A DNA stretch of 64,000 nt from Armatimonadota bacterium (lineage in GTDB: Bacteria > Armatimonadota > UBA5829 > DTLH01). Shown here piece after piece: positions 8,018-17,344 of this stretch; within the stretch, counting starts at the first letter, position 1, and each line of letters opens with the position of its first letter. Below the pieces are notes generated by a model. That model saw only the letters and a list, made by a program, of their open reading frames with translations. It did not search any database and was not told where the DNA came from. The position numbers were made by a program, and so were the translations under genes. Where the stretch lies: positions 1 through 64,000 of the forward strand of contig JBDKSP010000095.1 of NCBI GenBank assembly GCA_039680575.1. The letters are read 5' to 3'.

Positions 8018-9220
8018 GTGCTTTTACCTTATCGTGTAAAGAATCCTCCGAAGAAGTTTCCAGTCGTTACAGTCAGCTTGATAGCAATAAATGTAATTGT
8101 CTATATATTCACAACTGATTCGCTTCTGCGCATCAGAGAGGATGTGCTGGATAATTATGCTTTTGCATTGGGGACCTCTCCGTTCTTAAATTTCATCTCA
8201 GCAGTATTTCTTCACGCGAATTTATTCCACCTGCTCGGGAATATGTTGTTCCTCTGGGTGTTTGGACCGCCTGTTGAAGACAGACTCGGTGTTGGAAAAT
8301 ACCTTCTCGTGTATTTCGCTACAGGTCTCGCGGGCGGCTTATTGGAATCCGCAATAGAATTCGCGGTTACCGGTAAAACATACCCTGGTATAGGTGCATC
8401 AGGGTGTATTATGGGAATCCTGGGAGCTTACTGGTATATCTATTCCTGGAGCACAGTCTGCGTATTCTATTTTTTCTGGGTATTTATCCGTCCTTACATC
8501 GGTGTATGGGAAGTCGCTGCAATCTGGATAATCGGGCTGTTTTTCTTGATGGATTTGCTGGAAGGGGTTTTATTCGGCGTAACGGGTGTGAGCGGCGGTG
8601 TAGCTAACTTCGCTCATATAGGAGGTGCGTGCGCCGGAGCACTCCTGTGCCTTGCATTAAGGATAAAACGCGATACGGAGTCGGTTTCCGAGGCGAAAGC
8701 GATCCAGGCAGATATGAAAGACCTGTCGTTGATGCCTGCTCATGCGCTTGAAGCAATGCTCGAGCATGACCCGGCTAATATAGACATTATCAAAGCGATG
8801 GCTAAGCCGGGTCTTTCAAACAGCCAGAATATGGCGCTGGAAAGAGCTTTTATCAATGCAGCTCCATTACTTGTCGATAAAGACCCCGCATTCGTTATGT
8901 ATTATCTGATGACACTTCGCAGGAACATAGATCTCATCCCATCCATGTATCTGCTTCGACTGGCCAGAACAATGGAACGCTCCGCCGCGTCTCGTGATAT
9001 TCTAAGTATCTATGGACGAATCATTCAGAGAGACCCTATGTCTCCTGATGCCGAAACAGCGCTTTACAGGATGGCGGAATACCATTTGAATGTGCATGGG
9101 GACAAAGAAAGCACCAAAAATTGCCTTCGTGAGCTGGCAAAACGGTTCCCGAACGGACCTATGACCCAGTTCGGGCGTATTCTATGGAATCGAGCTACTC
9201 AACCCACTCAGCATCAATAG
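8018..9220 (+). CDS. Rhomboid intramembrane serine protease with C-terminal TPR-like region
   Basis: HANLFHLLGNMLFLWVFG, GIGASG (catalytic Ser), AHIGG (catalytic His); helical tail with AETALYRMA. Confidence 0.9.
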   Translation: MLLPYRVKNPPKKFPVVTVSLIAINVIVYIFTTDSLLRIREDVLDNYAFALGTSPFLNFISAVFLHANLFHLLGNMLFLWVFGPPVEDRLGVGKYLLVYFATGLAGGLLESAIEFAVTGKTYPGIGASGCIMGILGAYWYIYSWSTVCVFYFFWVFIRPYIGVWEVAAIWIIGLFFLMDLLEGVLFGVTGVSGGVANFAHIGGACAGALLCLALRIKRDTESVSEAKAIQADMKDLSLMPAHALEAMLEHDPANIDIIKAMAKPGLSNSQNMALERAFINAAPLLVDKDPAFVMYYLMTLRRNIDLIPSMYLLRLARTMERSAASRDILSIYGRIIQRDPMSPDAETALYRMAEYHLNVHGDKESTKNCLRELAKRFPNGPMTQFGRILWNRATQPTQHQ

Positions 9221-9230
9221 TAAAAACAAA

Positions 9231-9260
9231 CAAGGGTACCGCGTCTATACGGTACCCTTG
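9231..9260. terminator. Hairpin/terminator between convergent genes
   Basis: CAAGGGTACCG...CGGTACCCTTG. Confidence 0.7.
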
Positions 9261-9303
9261 ATAAAGCCGTTCTATCGCCCCGTCTCTGCTTTTTGCACAG
9301 GCA

Positions 9304-9615
9304 TTACTCACTGAATACATGCAGCACGGCCGGCGCACCCGTACTATTATCACATACGCTCATAAAATCCTGGATCCGGCTCCATAATCGACTCCAGAAG
9401 CCTTTTTCTGTCGTTTTTGCTCCTCCTTTTGAGCCTTCACCCATTTCCGAATCAAAGAAAGCCCTGAGGTCACGAAGCAACCTGACTTTAGCTTCTTCCG
9501 GGAGGTCTTTTGCCCGGTCCACTCTGTGCATTCGCAGATGCTTTTCAATTATCCTTACACCCCGGTTGGCAACTCCCTGAGGTACATCCGGCATGTCAGG
9601 AAATAACTTCTTCAT
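9304..9615 (-). CDS. Small hypothetical protein (103 aa)
   Basis: ATG preceded by GGAAGG; shares a motif with the upstream 83-aa ORF. Confidence 0.7.
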   Translation of the reverse strand: MKKLFPDMPDVPQGVANRGVRIIEKHLRMHRVDRAKDLPEEAKVRLLRDLRAFFDSEMGEGSKGGAKTTEKGFWSRLWSRIQDFMSVCDNSTGAPAVLHVFSE

Positions 9616-9634
9616 CTGTTGCCTTCCATACTAT

Positions 9635-9886
9635 CTATACTGCTGATAGATCGCTAATCAGACTTACACGCTGTTCCGGGCAAAGAGTTACTGGCCTTAA
9701 CTCTCTTCCCTGCAGTTTAGATTCGAAATCCAGATGACGATCTATGACTTCTGCCATCAGGTTTGCGCTGTTTACAATTACATCCCAGTTTTCCGCGATT
9801 TTTATCGGAAACTCTTCAACAACATCTCTATTTACTATTTCCTCGCTATCACGTTCCAGAAAACGTCTCAACTTTTGCATCGTCAT
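9635..9886 (-). CDS. Small hypothetical protein (83 aa)
   Basis: ATG preceded by GAGGTG; 19 nt upstream of the 103-aa ORF. Confidence 0.7.
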   Translation of the reverse strand: MTMQKLRRFLERDSEEIVNRDVVEEFPIKIAENWDVIVNSANLMAEVIDRHLDFESKLQGRELRPVTLCPEQRVSLISDLSAV

Positions 9887-10020
9887 TCACCTCGTTTTTA
9901 CCTCGATAGGTGCTCAGAGTTTGCTTACCCAAGTGGCAAATGGACTAAACGACAGCATATTAGCGTACAAGTAGTTGACAACACATTCCATATAGTCTCC
10001 AATCTCAATATGGTAGACAC

Positions 10021-10049
10021 TTGACTACTACTTTAGGCTATAGTAAAAT
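10021..10049 (+). promoter_or_regulatory. Sigma70-type promoter
   Basis: TTGACT-17 nt-TAAAAT upstream of the ORF at 10092. Confidence 0.55.
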
Positions 10050-10091
10050 ATTTAAGCTGTTGCAGCACGTATTATATTAAGGACAGTAACA

Positions 10092-10643
10092 ATGCAGATC
10101 TGTATTACACAAATAGACGGAATCCGGCATTTCAGCCGGTTTAAGAATATCCCTGAAAAAGACCGACTTGAGATCGAGTTGACTATAGAGGAAGGACGGC
10201 AGAAGGTTTTCAACTTCGACCTGACGGATTCAATGTTCGAGCAGTTCGAAAAGTATCCTGAGATATTGCACAAAAAGCGGATTTTGCCGAAAGACGACCT
10301 TCTGGAAGACCGCCCAGCGAAAAAACGAGTAACGGCAGCGAAGCCTGCTCATCCCACGGCTAAAAATACAAAGTCACCTGACCCACCTGACCCAGCAGCC
10401 GAAGGTTCAACCAAAAAGAACAAACGAAAGAAGACTATTACTGAAAATAATGTAGTTTCTTCCGCTGCTTCTTCTGTAACTCCCGTAAAGACTCGTGCAA
10501 AGAAGGCCTCGGACGCGGTTTTGTCGGATAAGCCTGCTGTCACTTCGAATAAATTTACAGAGAATCCCAAATCCACGGCAAAGAAGCGAAATATTAAGGT
10601 TATTGAGAAAGTTAAGAAGGCCGGAATCAAGTTTTCAAGCTGA
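10092..10643 (+). CDS. Hypothetical protein with basic Lys/Ala/Pro/Ser-rich tail
   Basis: 183 aa; AAGGA Shine-Dalgarno; promoter upstream. Confidence 0.75.
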   Translation: MQICITQIDGIRHFSRFKNIPEKDRLEIELTIEEGRQKVFNFDLTDSMFEQFEKYPEILHKKRILPKDDLLEDRPAKKRVTAAKPAHPTAKNTKSPDPPDPAAEGSTKKNKRKKTITENNVVSSAASSVTPVKTRAKKASDAVLSDKPAVTSNKFTENPKSTAKKRNIKVIEKVKKAGIKFSS

Positions 10644-10754
10644 ATATTTTGAATTGCCTGCTGGCTGAGAACTACCCATCATTTTTACTCGTATAATGTG
10701 TAGTAAATCTTGACTGTCGAGTCTGTTCAGCTTATACTAAGACTCGAAAATCCT

Positions 10755-12362
10755 ATGACTACACAAAAAACTGTTACCAAAGCCGCCGGAATAATGATGG
10801 TGGCTATACTTCTGAGCCGTGTCCTCGGCCTTGTACGGGACATGTTAATAAGTGGTTTGTTCGGGCAAGGCCGCAATACGGACATCTACTATGCCGCATT
10901 CAAACTTCCGGATTTGCTCTTCTACCTGATCGCCGGTGGCGTCATTTCAGCAGCGTTCGTGCCGGTATTCGTCGAGTACATGGCAAAGGACAAGAAGGAC
11001 GAGGCCTGGCAGCTGTTCAGCGTAATCGCAACCATAATGGCAGTTGTCGTAGCAGCTTTTATACTACTCGGAGAGATATTCGCACGGCAGCTCGTTCCGC
11101 TTGTAGCTGCACCGGGAATAAAGGATGCAGCTGCACTGGACGCTCTCGCTCACCTGACGAGGATAGTCCTTCCCGCCCAGTTCTTTTTCTTCATGGGCGG
11201 GCTTATGATGGCGTCTCTGTGGGCGCATAACCAGTTCACTGCACCGGGACTTGGGCCGAGTGTCTATAACATTGGTATCATCATCGGTGGAGCCATAGCC
11301 GGATCAAGGTTTGGGCCGCAAGGTGTAGAAGGGCTTGCCTGGGGCGCGCTCGCCGGAGCATTTGCAGGGAATTTTGTTCTGCAGTATGTCGTATTAAGGC
11401 GCTACGGGCTTAAATATAAGCCAAATTTCAACTACCGGCACCCGGGCGCTATGAGGGTATGGAAGCTGATGATCCCTGTAATCTTCAGCCTCTCGCTCAC
11501 ATACGTGGATGTGTATGTCAACCAGTTGTTTGCATCTTATCTATTCAAGGGTGCGATTTCCGCACTCGACAGAGCGAACAGGCTGATGCAGGTGCCTATA
11601 GGTATCTTTGGACAATCGATTGCAATCGGGTTCTACACCGTAATGGCTGCGCAGTATGCCACGCAAAAGATGGATGATTTCCGAGCAACGATAAATTATG
11701 GTCTGCGGACCATTGCATTCGTTGCAATCCCATCGACTATCATTATGATAGTCCTCAGGGTGCCAATCATTCAGCTTCTGTTTCAGCACGGTCACTTCAA
11801 CGCGGAAGCAACTCGTGAAGTCGCAGACCCATTGATATTCTATGCTATCGGTATATTCGCATGGTCGGCTCACCCATTGATGGCACGTGCGTTTTACTCA
11901 ATGCAAAACACACTGATTCCTGTTGTTGTTGGCACTGGCATGACAGTCATCTTCGTACCTCTCAACTATGTCTTAATGAAATTGATGATGCACACCCCTT
12001 ATGGCGGCCATTCCGGTCTTGCGCTTGCAACAACCGTGGCGGCGCTTGGTAATATGTTTTTGCTTATTTACCTGCTTAGGAAGAAAGCAGGAGGAATCAA
12101 TGCAAAGCAGATACTTGTATCTGTCGGAAAGATTACCGCCGCTTCAGGAATTATGGGGGTAGCTATGTGGCTTACACTTCATCAGGTAGAGAGCATGCCG
12201 CTTTCTCATCTGCCGTTCAAAGCAGCAGCTGGAATCAGGTTTCTGCTACCGACAGCAGCAGGCGGGGCTATCTTCATCGCTTCCGTTCGTGTATTAAAAT
12301 TAGAGGAAGCAGCAACTGTTTGGGATATGCTGAAACGGAAGTTCCTGCGCCGCAAGGCGTGA
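10755..12362 (+). CDS. murJ: Lipid II flippase MurJ (MviN)
   Basis: LLSRVLGLVRD, AAFKLPDLL, GVISAAFVPVF, ANRLMQVPIGIFG; ATG 10755 preferred over TTG 10710. Confidence 0.95.
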   Translation: MTTQKTVTKAAGIMMVAILLSRVLGLVRDMLISGLFGQGRNTDIYYAAFKLPDLLFYLIAGGVISAAFVPVFVEYMAKDKKDEAWQLFSVIATIMAVVVAAFILLGEIFARQLVPLVAAPGIKDAAALDALAHLTRIVLPAQFFFFMGGLMMASLWAHNQFTAPGLGPSVYNIGIIIGGAIAGSRFGPQGVEGLAWGALAGAFAGNFVLQYVVLRRYGLKYKPNFNYRHPGAMRVWKLMIPVIFSLSLTYVDVYVNQLFASYLFKGAISALDRANRLMQVPIGIFGQSIAIGFYTVMAAQYATQKMDDFRATINYGLRTIAFVAIPSTIIMIVLRVPIIQLLFQHGHFNAEATREVADPLIFYAIGIFAWSAHPLMARAFYSMQNTLIPVVVGTGMTVIFVPLNYVLMKLMMHTPYGGHSGLALATTVAALGNMFLLIYLLRKKAGGINAKQILVSVGKITAASGIMGVAMWLTLHQVESMPLSHLPFKAAAGIRFLLPTAAGGAIFIASVRVLKLEEAATVWDMLKRKFLRRKA

Positions 12363-12395
12363 TCAGACCGGAGGCGAAATCCTCATATAAATATC

Positions 12396-12424
12396 TTGCG
12401 GAAGCGCGAAGGCTATGGTATAAT
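12396..12424 (+). promoter_or_regulatory. Promoter of tRNA-Pro
   Basis: TTGCGG-17 nt-TATAAT with TG extension. Confidence 0.7.
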
Positions 12425-12435
12425 CTTTTGGTCGG

Positions 12436-12512
12436 CGGGGCGTGGCTCAGCTTGGTAGAGCGCTCGTTTCGGGTGCGAGAGGTCGGGAGTTCAAATCTCC
12501 CCGCCCCGACCA
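12436..12512 (+). tRNA. tRNA-Pro(CGG)
   Basis: 77 nt; CGGGGCG/CGCCCCG acceptor stem, loop TTCGGGT, GTTCAAATC T-loop, encoded CCA. Confidence 0.97.
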
Positions 12513-12546
12513 ATTATTGAAGTAAAACTGTTCTCTATGCGATTTT

Positions 12547-12573
12547 GCCCTGTCGGGATTCCGGCAGGGTTTT
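12547..12573 (+). terminator. Terminator after tRNA-Pro
   Basis: GCCCTGTCGG-GATT-CCGGCAGGGT-TTT. Confidence 0.65.
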
Positions 12574-12896
12574 CGCGTATTTACGCGCTGTCCTTCGCAA
12601 TAAGTCTATCTGCGCAACTATTTGAACATCTGACCACGAGATTTGTGGCAATTTGCTGTTGCCTATACCATTGAGAGGCGGGTTGGCATGCCATACAGAA
12701 CCCATTGAGCATTGAAAAGAATGGAGATTAGCTTCCGAATGTGCTTGGAAGACGTGACATAGCAATCGCCGAATTGTATCAGGCGATCAAATCGCTGAAA
12801 TAAAAGAAACAATCTTATCCGGCACGAATCTTGCAGATAAATATAAAGGAAAATCTAGCAGTTGTATTTTTTTGCTGTCCGCACTGAGAGGATTGA

Positions 12897-15836
12897 ATGA
12901 TAAAAAACATATGCTTAATGGTAGCAGCTATAATGCTGCTGTGTTTGTATTTACCTGCCTCGGTCTTTTGTGAGCCGATGGGAAATATTCAAGTTACGCT
13001 TCTTCCCGCTGATGCGATAAGTGCAGATGCGACGTGGCGGGTTGTTGGTGAGACAACATGGCATGCAAGTAGCGATAGTGTCAGCTATGCGATAAGCAGC
13101 TACCCGCAGGGCTGCACTCTCGAGTTCAGTCGCGTAGCCGGTTGGCGTACTCCGCAGACAAGAACCCTGACGCTCGCCGATGGTAATACTACAACCTCCA
13201 CGGCGACATACCACAACTCCACTTACCTAGTTGCCGATTCCTATGCTGATTTTTCGCTCGTCCAAGGGAGCAAGGACTGGTATTATGGCTTCTATTATCC
13301 CTACAATGTTCCCAGTTTCTATCCATTCAGCCTGACCGGCAGCGATGCCTACGGTTCTCTCTGGTATCAAGGTGGAACGGCTCGCGTTTGGGCTGCAGGT
13401 GCTCATCCTGAGACATCTGTGCAAACGGTGCGAAGATGGGTCAGCAATATCGATTCAGAGGCCAATATTTCCGGTGTAATGTGGAAATTGATCAGCGGCG
13501 GCAATGGATTTTTCGGCTTTGTTGGTATTAATGGCGCTTTGCAGGTTAGCAACACTATCGCTGGCACAAACACAACAGGAATAGCATATAGTTTCAATAC
13601 TCGTCTTGCGTCAGGAGACAACGTCGACTTTTTTGTTGATGCGGCCGGAGACGCAAGCTACGATCACTGCGGCTTCATAGGCACAATAAAGGTGCCAATG
13701 TCGACCGGTTCTCTGCGTGTAAATATTCAACCAGCCGGGGCAGTTGCCGCGGGAGCAAAATGGCGGAGACAAGGAACGGCCCAGTGGTTTACAAGCGGCG
13801 AGACGGAATACGATATTGCCGTGGGAGACTATTGTGTTGAGTTCGCCGACGCCACCAATTGGGGGACGCCTGCCAGGCAGATGGTTACAATCGCGGCTGA
13901 TCTAACGAAAAATATTACCAGCACATATCTGCCGATGGGTGATATAAAGGTCAATATTATGCCTGCTCTGGCAGTAACCCAGAAAGGGCAGTGGAGGCCT
14001 GTCGGTACGGCTATCTGGCACAACAGTGGAGATTCAGTAAGATTTGCGGTTGGAAATCACAGCATTGAGTTTAAGGATATCATCGGCTGGAAAGAACCGA
14101 TGAAAAGGACCATAACAGTATCTGAAAATCAAACTACTCAGACAATCGCCACATATCACGGCGGCAGTGTTGTTGCCTGGGGCAATAACGATTATGGTCA
14201 ATGCAATCCGGCTGCTCCTAACTCGGAATACGTTGCGGTCTCTGGAGGCTATGATTTTGCCGTCGGCTTGAAATCCGACGGTTCAGTCACCCAATGGGGA
14301 CAGATCGGTGGCATCATACCATCTCCAAATTCTGACTTCACAGCGATATCCTGTGGCAACTGGCATACCGTGGGCTTGAAATCCGATGGATCTGCTGTCT
14401 GCTGGGCTAACAATATTTGGGGTAGTTATTCTGGCCAGTGCAATATGCCGTCGCCGAACAGTGGCTTCACAGCAATTAGTAGTTCCGCATATAACTCGCT
14501 TGGCCTGAAATCTGACGGAAGTATAGTTTGCTGGGGTGACAATACTGACAGCCAGCGTATTGTCCCAGCTCCAAACTCAGGTTTCGTGTCGGTTGCAGGC
14601 GGTGGAAACCACTTCATTGGTTTGAAATCCGACGGCACGATTGTCTGCTGGGGCACCAATAAATTCGGTGAGCGTGATATACCATCACCCAACTCTGGTT
14701 TTAAAGCGGTTGCCTGCGGCAACATTCATTCGCTTAGTTTGAAAACCGATGGCGGTATTGTCTGCTGGGGTGACAACTATTACGGAGAGTGCACTGCACC
14801 AACTTCCACTGACTTTGTGTCGGTTGCCGGGGATGGAGGCATATCCATTGCCCTTAGAACCAATGGCTCAGTCGCAGTATGGGGGAATGGCACTGCGCCG
14901 ATTCCCAACGAAGGATTTTTGGCTGTCGACGTCGGGCCAAGCTTCTATTTTGCTATTAAAAAGACAGATGCCGGATCGCTGACTGTAACAATCGCTCCAA
15001 CCGAAGCAGCTGCCGCAGGAACAAAATGGCGGCGCGCAGGAACGAGCACGTGGTTTGCAAGCGGCGAGACTGAGTATGACATTCCGGTAGGTGATTATAC
15101 TATCGAACTCAGCGATTTGCCCGGATGGACAAAGCCATCACCAACTGTAACCATAACCGCTGACCAAAACATGGCGTGTACTGCGACCTATATTGCCCCC
15201 GATGCGATAGCACTACCCAACGCGAAGAAATCCGCTGATGGTACACCCATTCGGATAACAGGCGCGATAGTCTCAGCGGCATGGCCTGATGTTTTCTATA
15301 TCGAGGCGGATAACAGAGCCTCGGGCATACGCGTAGAGAAGACTGCTCACGGCTTAATCTGTGGAAAACTGGCCGATGTAGTCGGAATATTGGGCACAAA
15401 TGCCGACGGCGAACGCTTCATACAAGCATCCACCGCAATTAGTAATGGAGACGGTGACGTTAAACCGCTTGGGATGACAAATAAGCTTATTGGCGGTGGA
15501 AGTCTGCTAGATTCTGTAACTGGTATAGGGCAAATGGGAGTGCTAAAGGGATTCGGTTTGAACAATATCGGCCTGCTTGTCCGCACATTTGGCAGAGTTG
15601 TAGAAATCGAACAGGTGATTGCCCCGGCTCTTCCGACGTGGTTCATAATCGATGATGGAAGCGACGCTCAAGTCAAATGTATAGTTCCTGATGGTGTGTC
15701 GATAAACTCAGAATGGGATTATGTATCGGTAACCGGCATTTCATCTTGCGAGAAAGATGGAACAGATATCATCAGATTAGTTCGCATCCGTAAAATAGAT
15801 GATGTAGCATCTATAGATTATCGGCTGATTAATTAA
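12897..15836 (+). CDS. Large secreted protein: four PEGA-like repeats, RCC1-like beta-propeller repeats, C-terminal OB-fold-like pair
   Basis: Signal peptide; about seven (GL)KSDGSxVCWG repeats; four GxxxVxIxPxxAxxxGxxWR...W repeats; FYIEADNRASGIRV and GLNNIGLLVRTFGRV. Confidence 0.85.
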   Translation: MIKNICLMVAAIMLLCLYLPASVFCEPMGNIQVTLLPADAISADATWRVVGETTWHASSDSVSYAISSYPQGCTLEFSRVAGWRTPQTRTLTLADGNTTTSTATYHNSTYLVADSYADFSLVQGSKDWYYGFYYPYNVPSFYPFSLTGSDAYGSLWYQGGTARVWAAGAHPETSVQTVRRWVSNIDSEANISGVMWKLISGGNGFFGFVGINGALQVSNTIAGTNTTGIAYSFNTRLASGDNVDFFVDAAGDASYDHCGFIGTIKVPMSTGSLRVNIQPAGAVAAGAKWRRQGTAQWFTSGETEYDIAVGDYCVEFADATNWGTPARQMVTIAADLTKNITSTYLPMGDIKVNIMPALAVTQKGQWRPVGTAIWHNSGDSVRFAVGNHSIEFKDIIGWKEPMKRTITVSENQTTQTIATYHGGSVVAWGNNDYGQCNPAAPNSEYVAVSGGYDFAVGLKSDGSVTQWGQIGGIIPSPNSDFTAISCGNWHTVGLKSDGSAVCWANNIWGSYSGQCNMPSPNSGFTAISSSAYNSLGLKSDGSIVCWGDNTDSQRIVPAPNSGFVSVAGGGNHFIGLKSDGTIVCWGTNKFGERDIPSPNSGFKAVACGNIHSLSLKTDGGIVCWGDNYYGECTAPTSTDFVSVAGDGGISIALRTNGSVAVWGNGTAPIPNEGFLAVDVGPSFYFAIKKTDAGSLTVTIAPTEAAAAGTKWRRAGTSTWFASGETEYDIPVGDYTIELSDLPGWTKPSPTVTITADQNMACTATYIAPDAIALPNAKKSADGTPIRITGAIVSAAWPDVFYIEADNRASGIRVEKTAHGLICGKLADVVGILGTNADGERFIQASTAISNGDGDVKPLGMTNKLIGGGSLLDSVTGIGQMGVLKGFGLNNIGLLVRTFGRVVEIEQVIAPALPTWFIIDDGSDAQVKCIVPDGVSINSEWDYVSVTGISSCEKDGTDIIRLVRIRKIDDVASIDYRLIN

Positions 15837-16123
15837 CGGCCAATCATATATTGGCTGTTGCCGAAAATCTTCCGGAAGAGTTTCAGGTGTAAGTGTAAAA
15901 TTAACAGATAAAGCTATATCAGAGAACTGTTTATATAACTGTAAGGCTGTTACTTTATCTCCTGAAACTCTATAAATAGGAAAAATCCTCGGCATCTACT
16001 TGTTGTCCATAATGCGACATTAATAGTTCATAGAGTGGTTCGTGATTTTAACTCTTGGCCAACCATTAAACTCTGTTGAATATTCAATAGAGTCTTTATT
16101 TGTTTGTATAGGGGATAGCGTGG

Positions 16124-17077
16124 ATGAAGAAGCCTACCAGTTTTGAGACTGCCTACAGATCATTGTGGCGTATTGAATCGGGCAATATGGACGATGAAGC
16201 CATATCTGAACTCAAAAGCGCGATCAATGGGAAAAACAGCCTGCTCGCATCAAAAGCTGCCGATCTAGCCGCAAACTATGGTTTTAGCAACCTGATCCCC
16301 GACATGATCTCCGCGTTCGAACGGTTCATGATAGATGGAGTCCGAAATGACAAGCTCTGTAACGCTAAAATCTCCATCGTAAATGCGCTGAACAAGTTTG
16401 AATATATGGGTGATGAGGTCTTTCGTAAAGGGGCTTACTATATCCAGATGGAGCCCGCGTATGGCAAACCAATCGACGCAGCCGTCAAGGTGCGTATAGG
16501 CTGCGCTTATGGTCTGGCACGGATCATCTGCCTGGATGCTTCTTATATACTCACCGATCTTCTTGTCGATGCTGACCCGGAAGTGCGTACAGCTGCGGTT
16601 AAGTCGCTCAGTTATCTTGGCAATCCTGAAAGCGAACTCCTGCTTAGGCTGAAAGTCCTTACCGGTGATGAAGACCCTAATGTGATCAGTGAATGCTTCG
16701 ACGGATTGATTACAATGGCCCCAGACCGCTCTTTAGGATTCGTTTCGCGCTATTTGCGAACTGCTGATGCTGCTATGGCCCAATCCGCCGCAATCGCTAT
16801 AGGAAACTCAAGACTATCAAGAGCCTACGATGTGCTGCGGGAATATTGGGACGATTTTCCATCACCATCGACTCGCCGGATGCTCATTCTGCCCATCGCA
16901 CTTGTGAGAAGCACTGAAGCATTCAACTTTTTGCTCGATATAGTCCGAGATGCCGATAGCAAAACCGCCTCAGAGGCTATTGATGCGCTTCGAATTTACC
17001 CCTCAACTGAAAACATAGAACAAGTCCGGGAAGTAATGGAAAGCAGAAACGACCCCGCGCTTATGAAACTGATTTAG
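16124..17077 (+). CDS. HEAT-repeat protein
   Basis: LLVDADPEVRTAAVKSLSYLG, AAIAIGNSR, VRDADSKTASEAIDAL. Confidence 0.85.
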   Translation: MKKPTSFETAYRSLWRIESGNMDDEAISELKSAINGKNSLLASKAADLAANYGFSNLIPDMISAFERFMIDGVRNDKLCNAKISIVNALNKFEYMGDEVFRKGAYYIQMEPAYGKPIDAAVKVRIGCAYGLARIICLDASYILTDLLVDADPEVRTAAVKSLSYLGNPESELLLRLKVLTGDEDPNVISECFDGLITMAPDRSLGFVSRYLRTADAAMAQSAAIAIGNSRLSRAYDVLREYWDDFPSPSTRRMLILPIALVRSTEAFNFLLDIVRDADSKTASEAIDALRIYPSTENIEQVREVMESRNDPALMKLI

Positions 17078-17201
17078 CTGACAGCCATCAGCTTTTGAAC
17101 CGCGGAAACGCGGAACGAATAGAAACGCGGAGGGTGGAGACTTAAAGCATTTACCCTTTCTTCGGGACCGTAGTTCTACCACGGAGAGAAGCACACTTCC
17201 C

Positions 17202-17240
17202 TATGCTATTCGGGACCGCTTTTCGTCCCGAAGCACGATT
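17202..17240. repeat. REP-like palindrome, copy 1 (partial extra copy at 17160-17176)
   Basis: TATGCTATTCGGGACCGCTTTTCGTCCCGAAGCACGATT, near-identical to 40014-40050. Confidence 0.7.
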
Positions 17241-17344
17241 TTGCGCAGACTCGAAAAGTTGGCTTCGGCGCAAACTACACGCACCAAGCATAAGAGGTGT
17301 CCCAGTACAACTTCGAACAATCTCTTCTGTTCTCTGTTTCCCTG

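Noticed and set aside
14160..14970. CRISPR-like periodic DNA repeats (TTGAAATCCGA...)
   Set aside because: These are codons of the RCC1-like protein repeats; no cas genes or spacer array in the window.
12513..17100. Integrated island at tRNA-Pro
   Set aside because: No integrase and no duplicated tRNA 3' end found by eye; an accessory origin remains possible.
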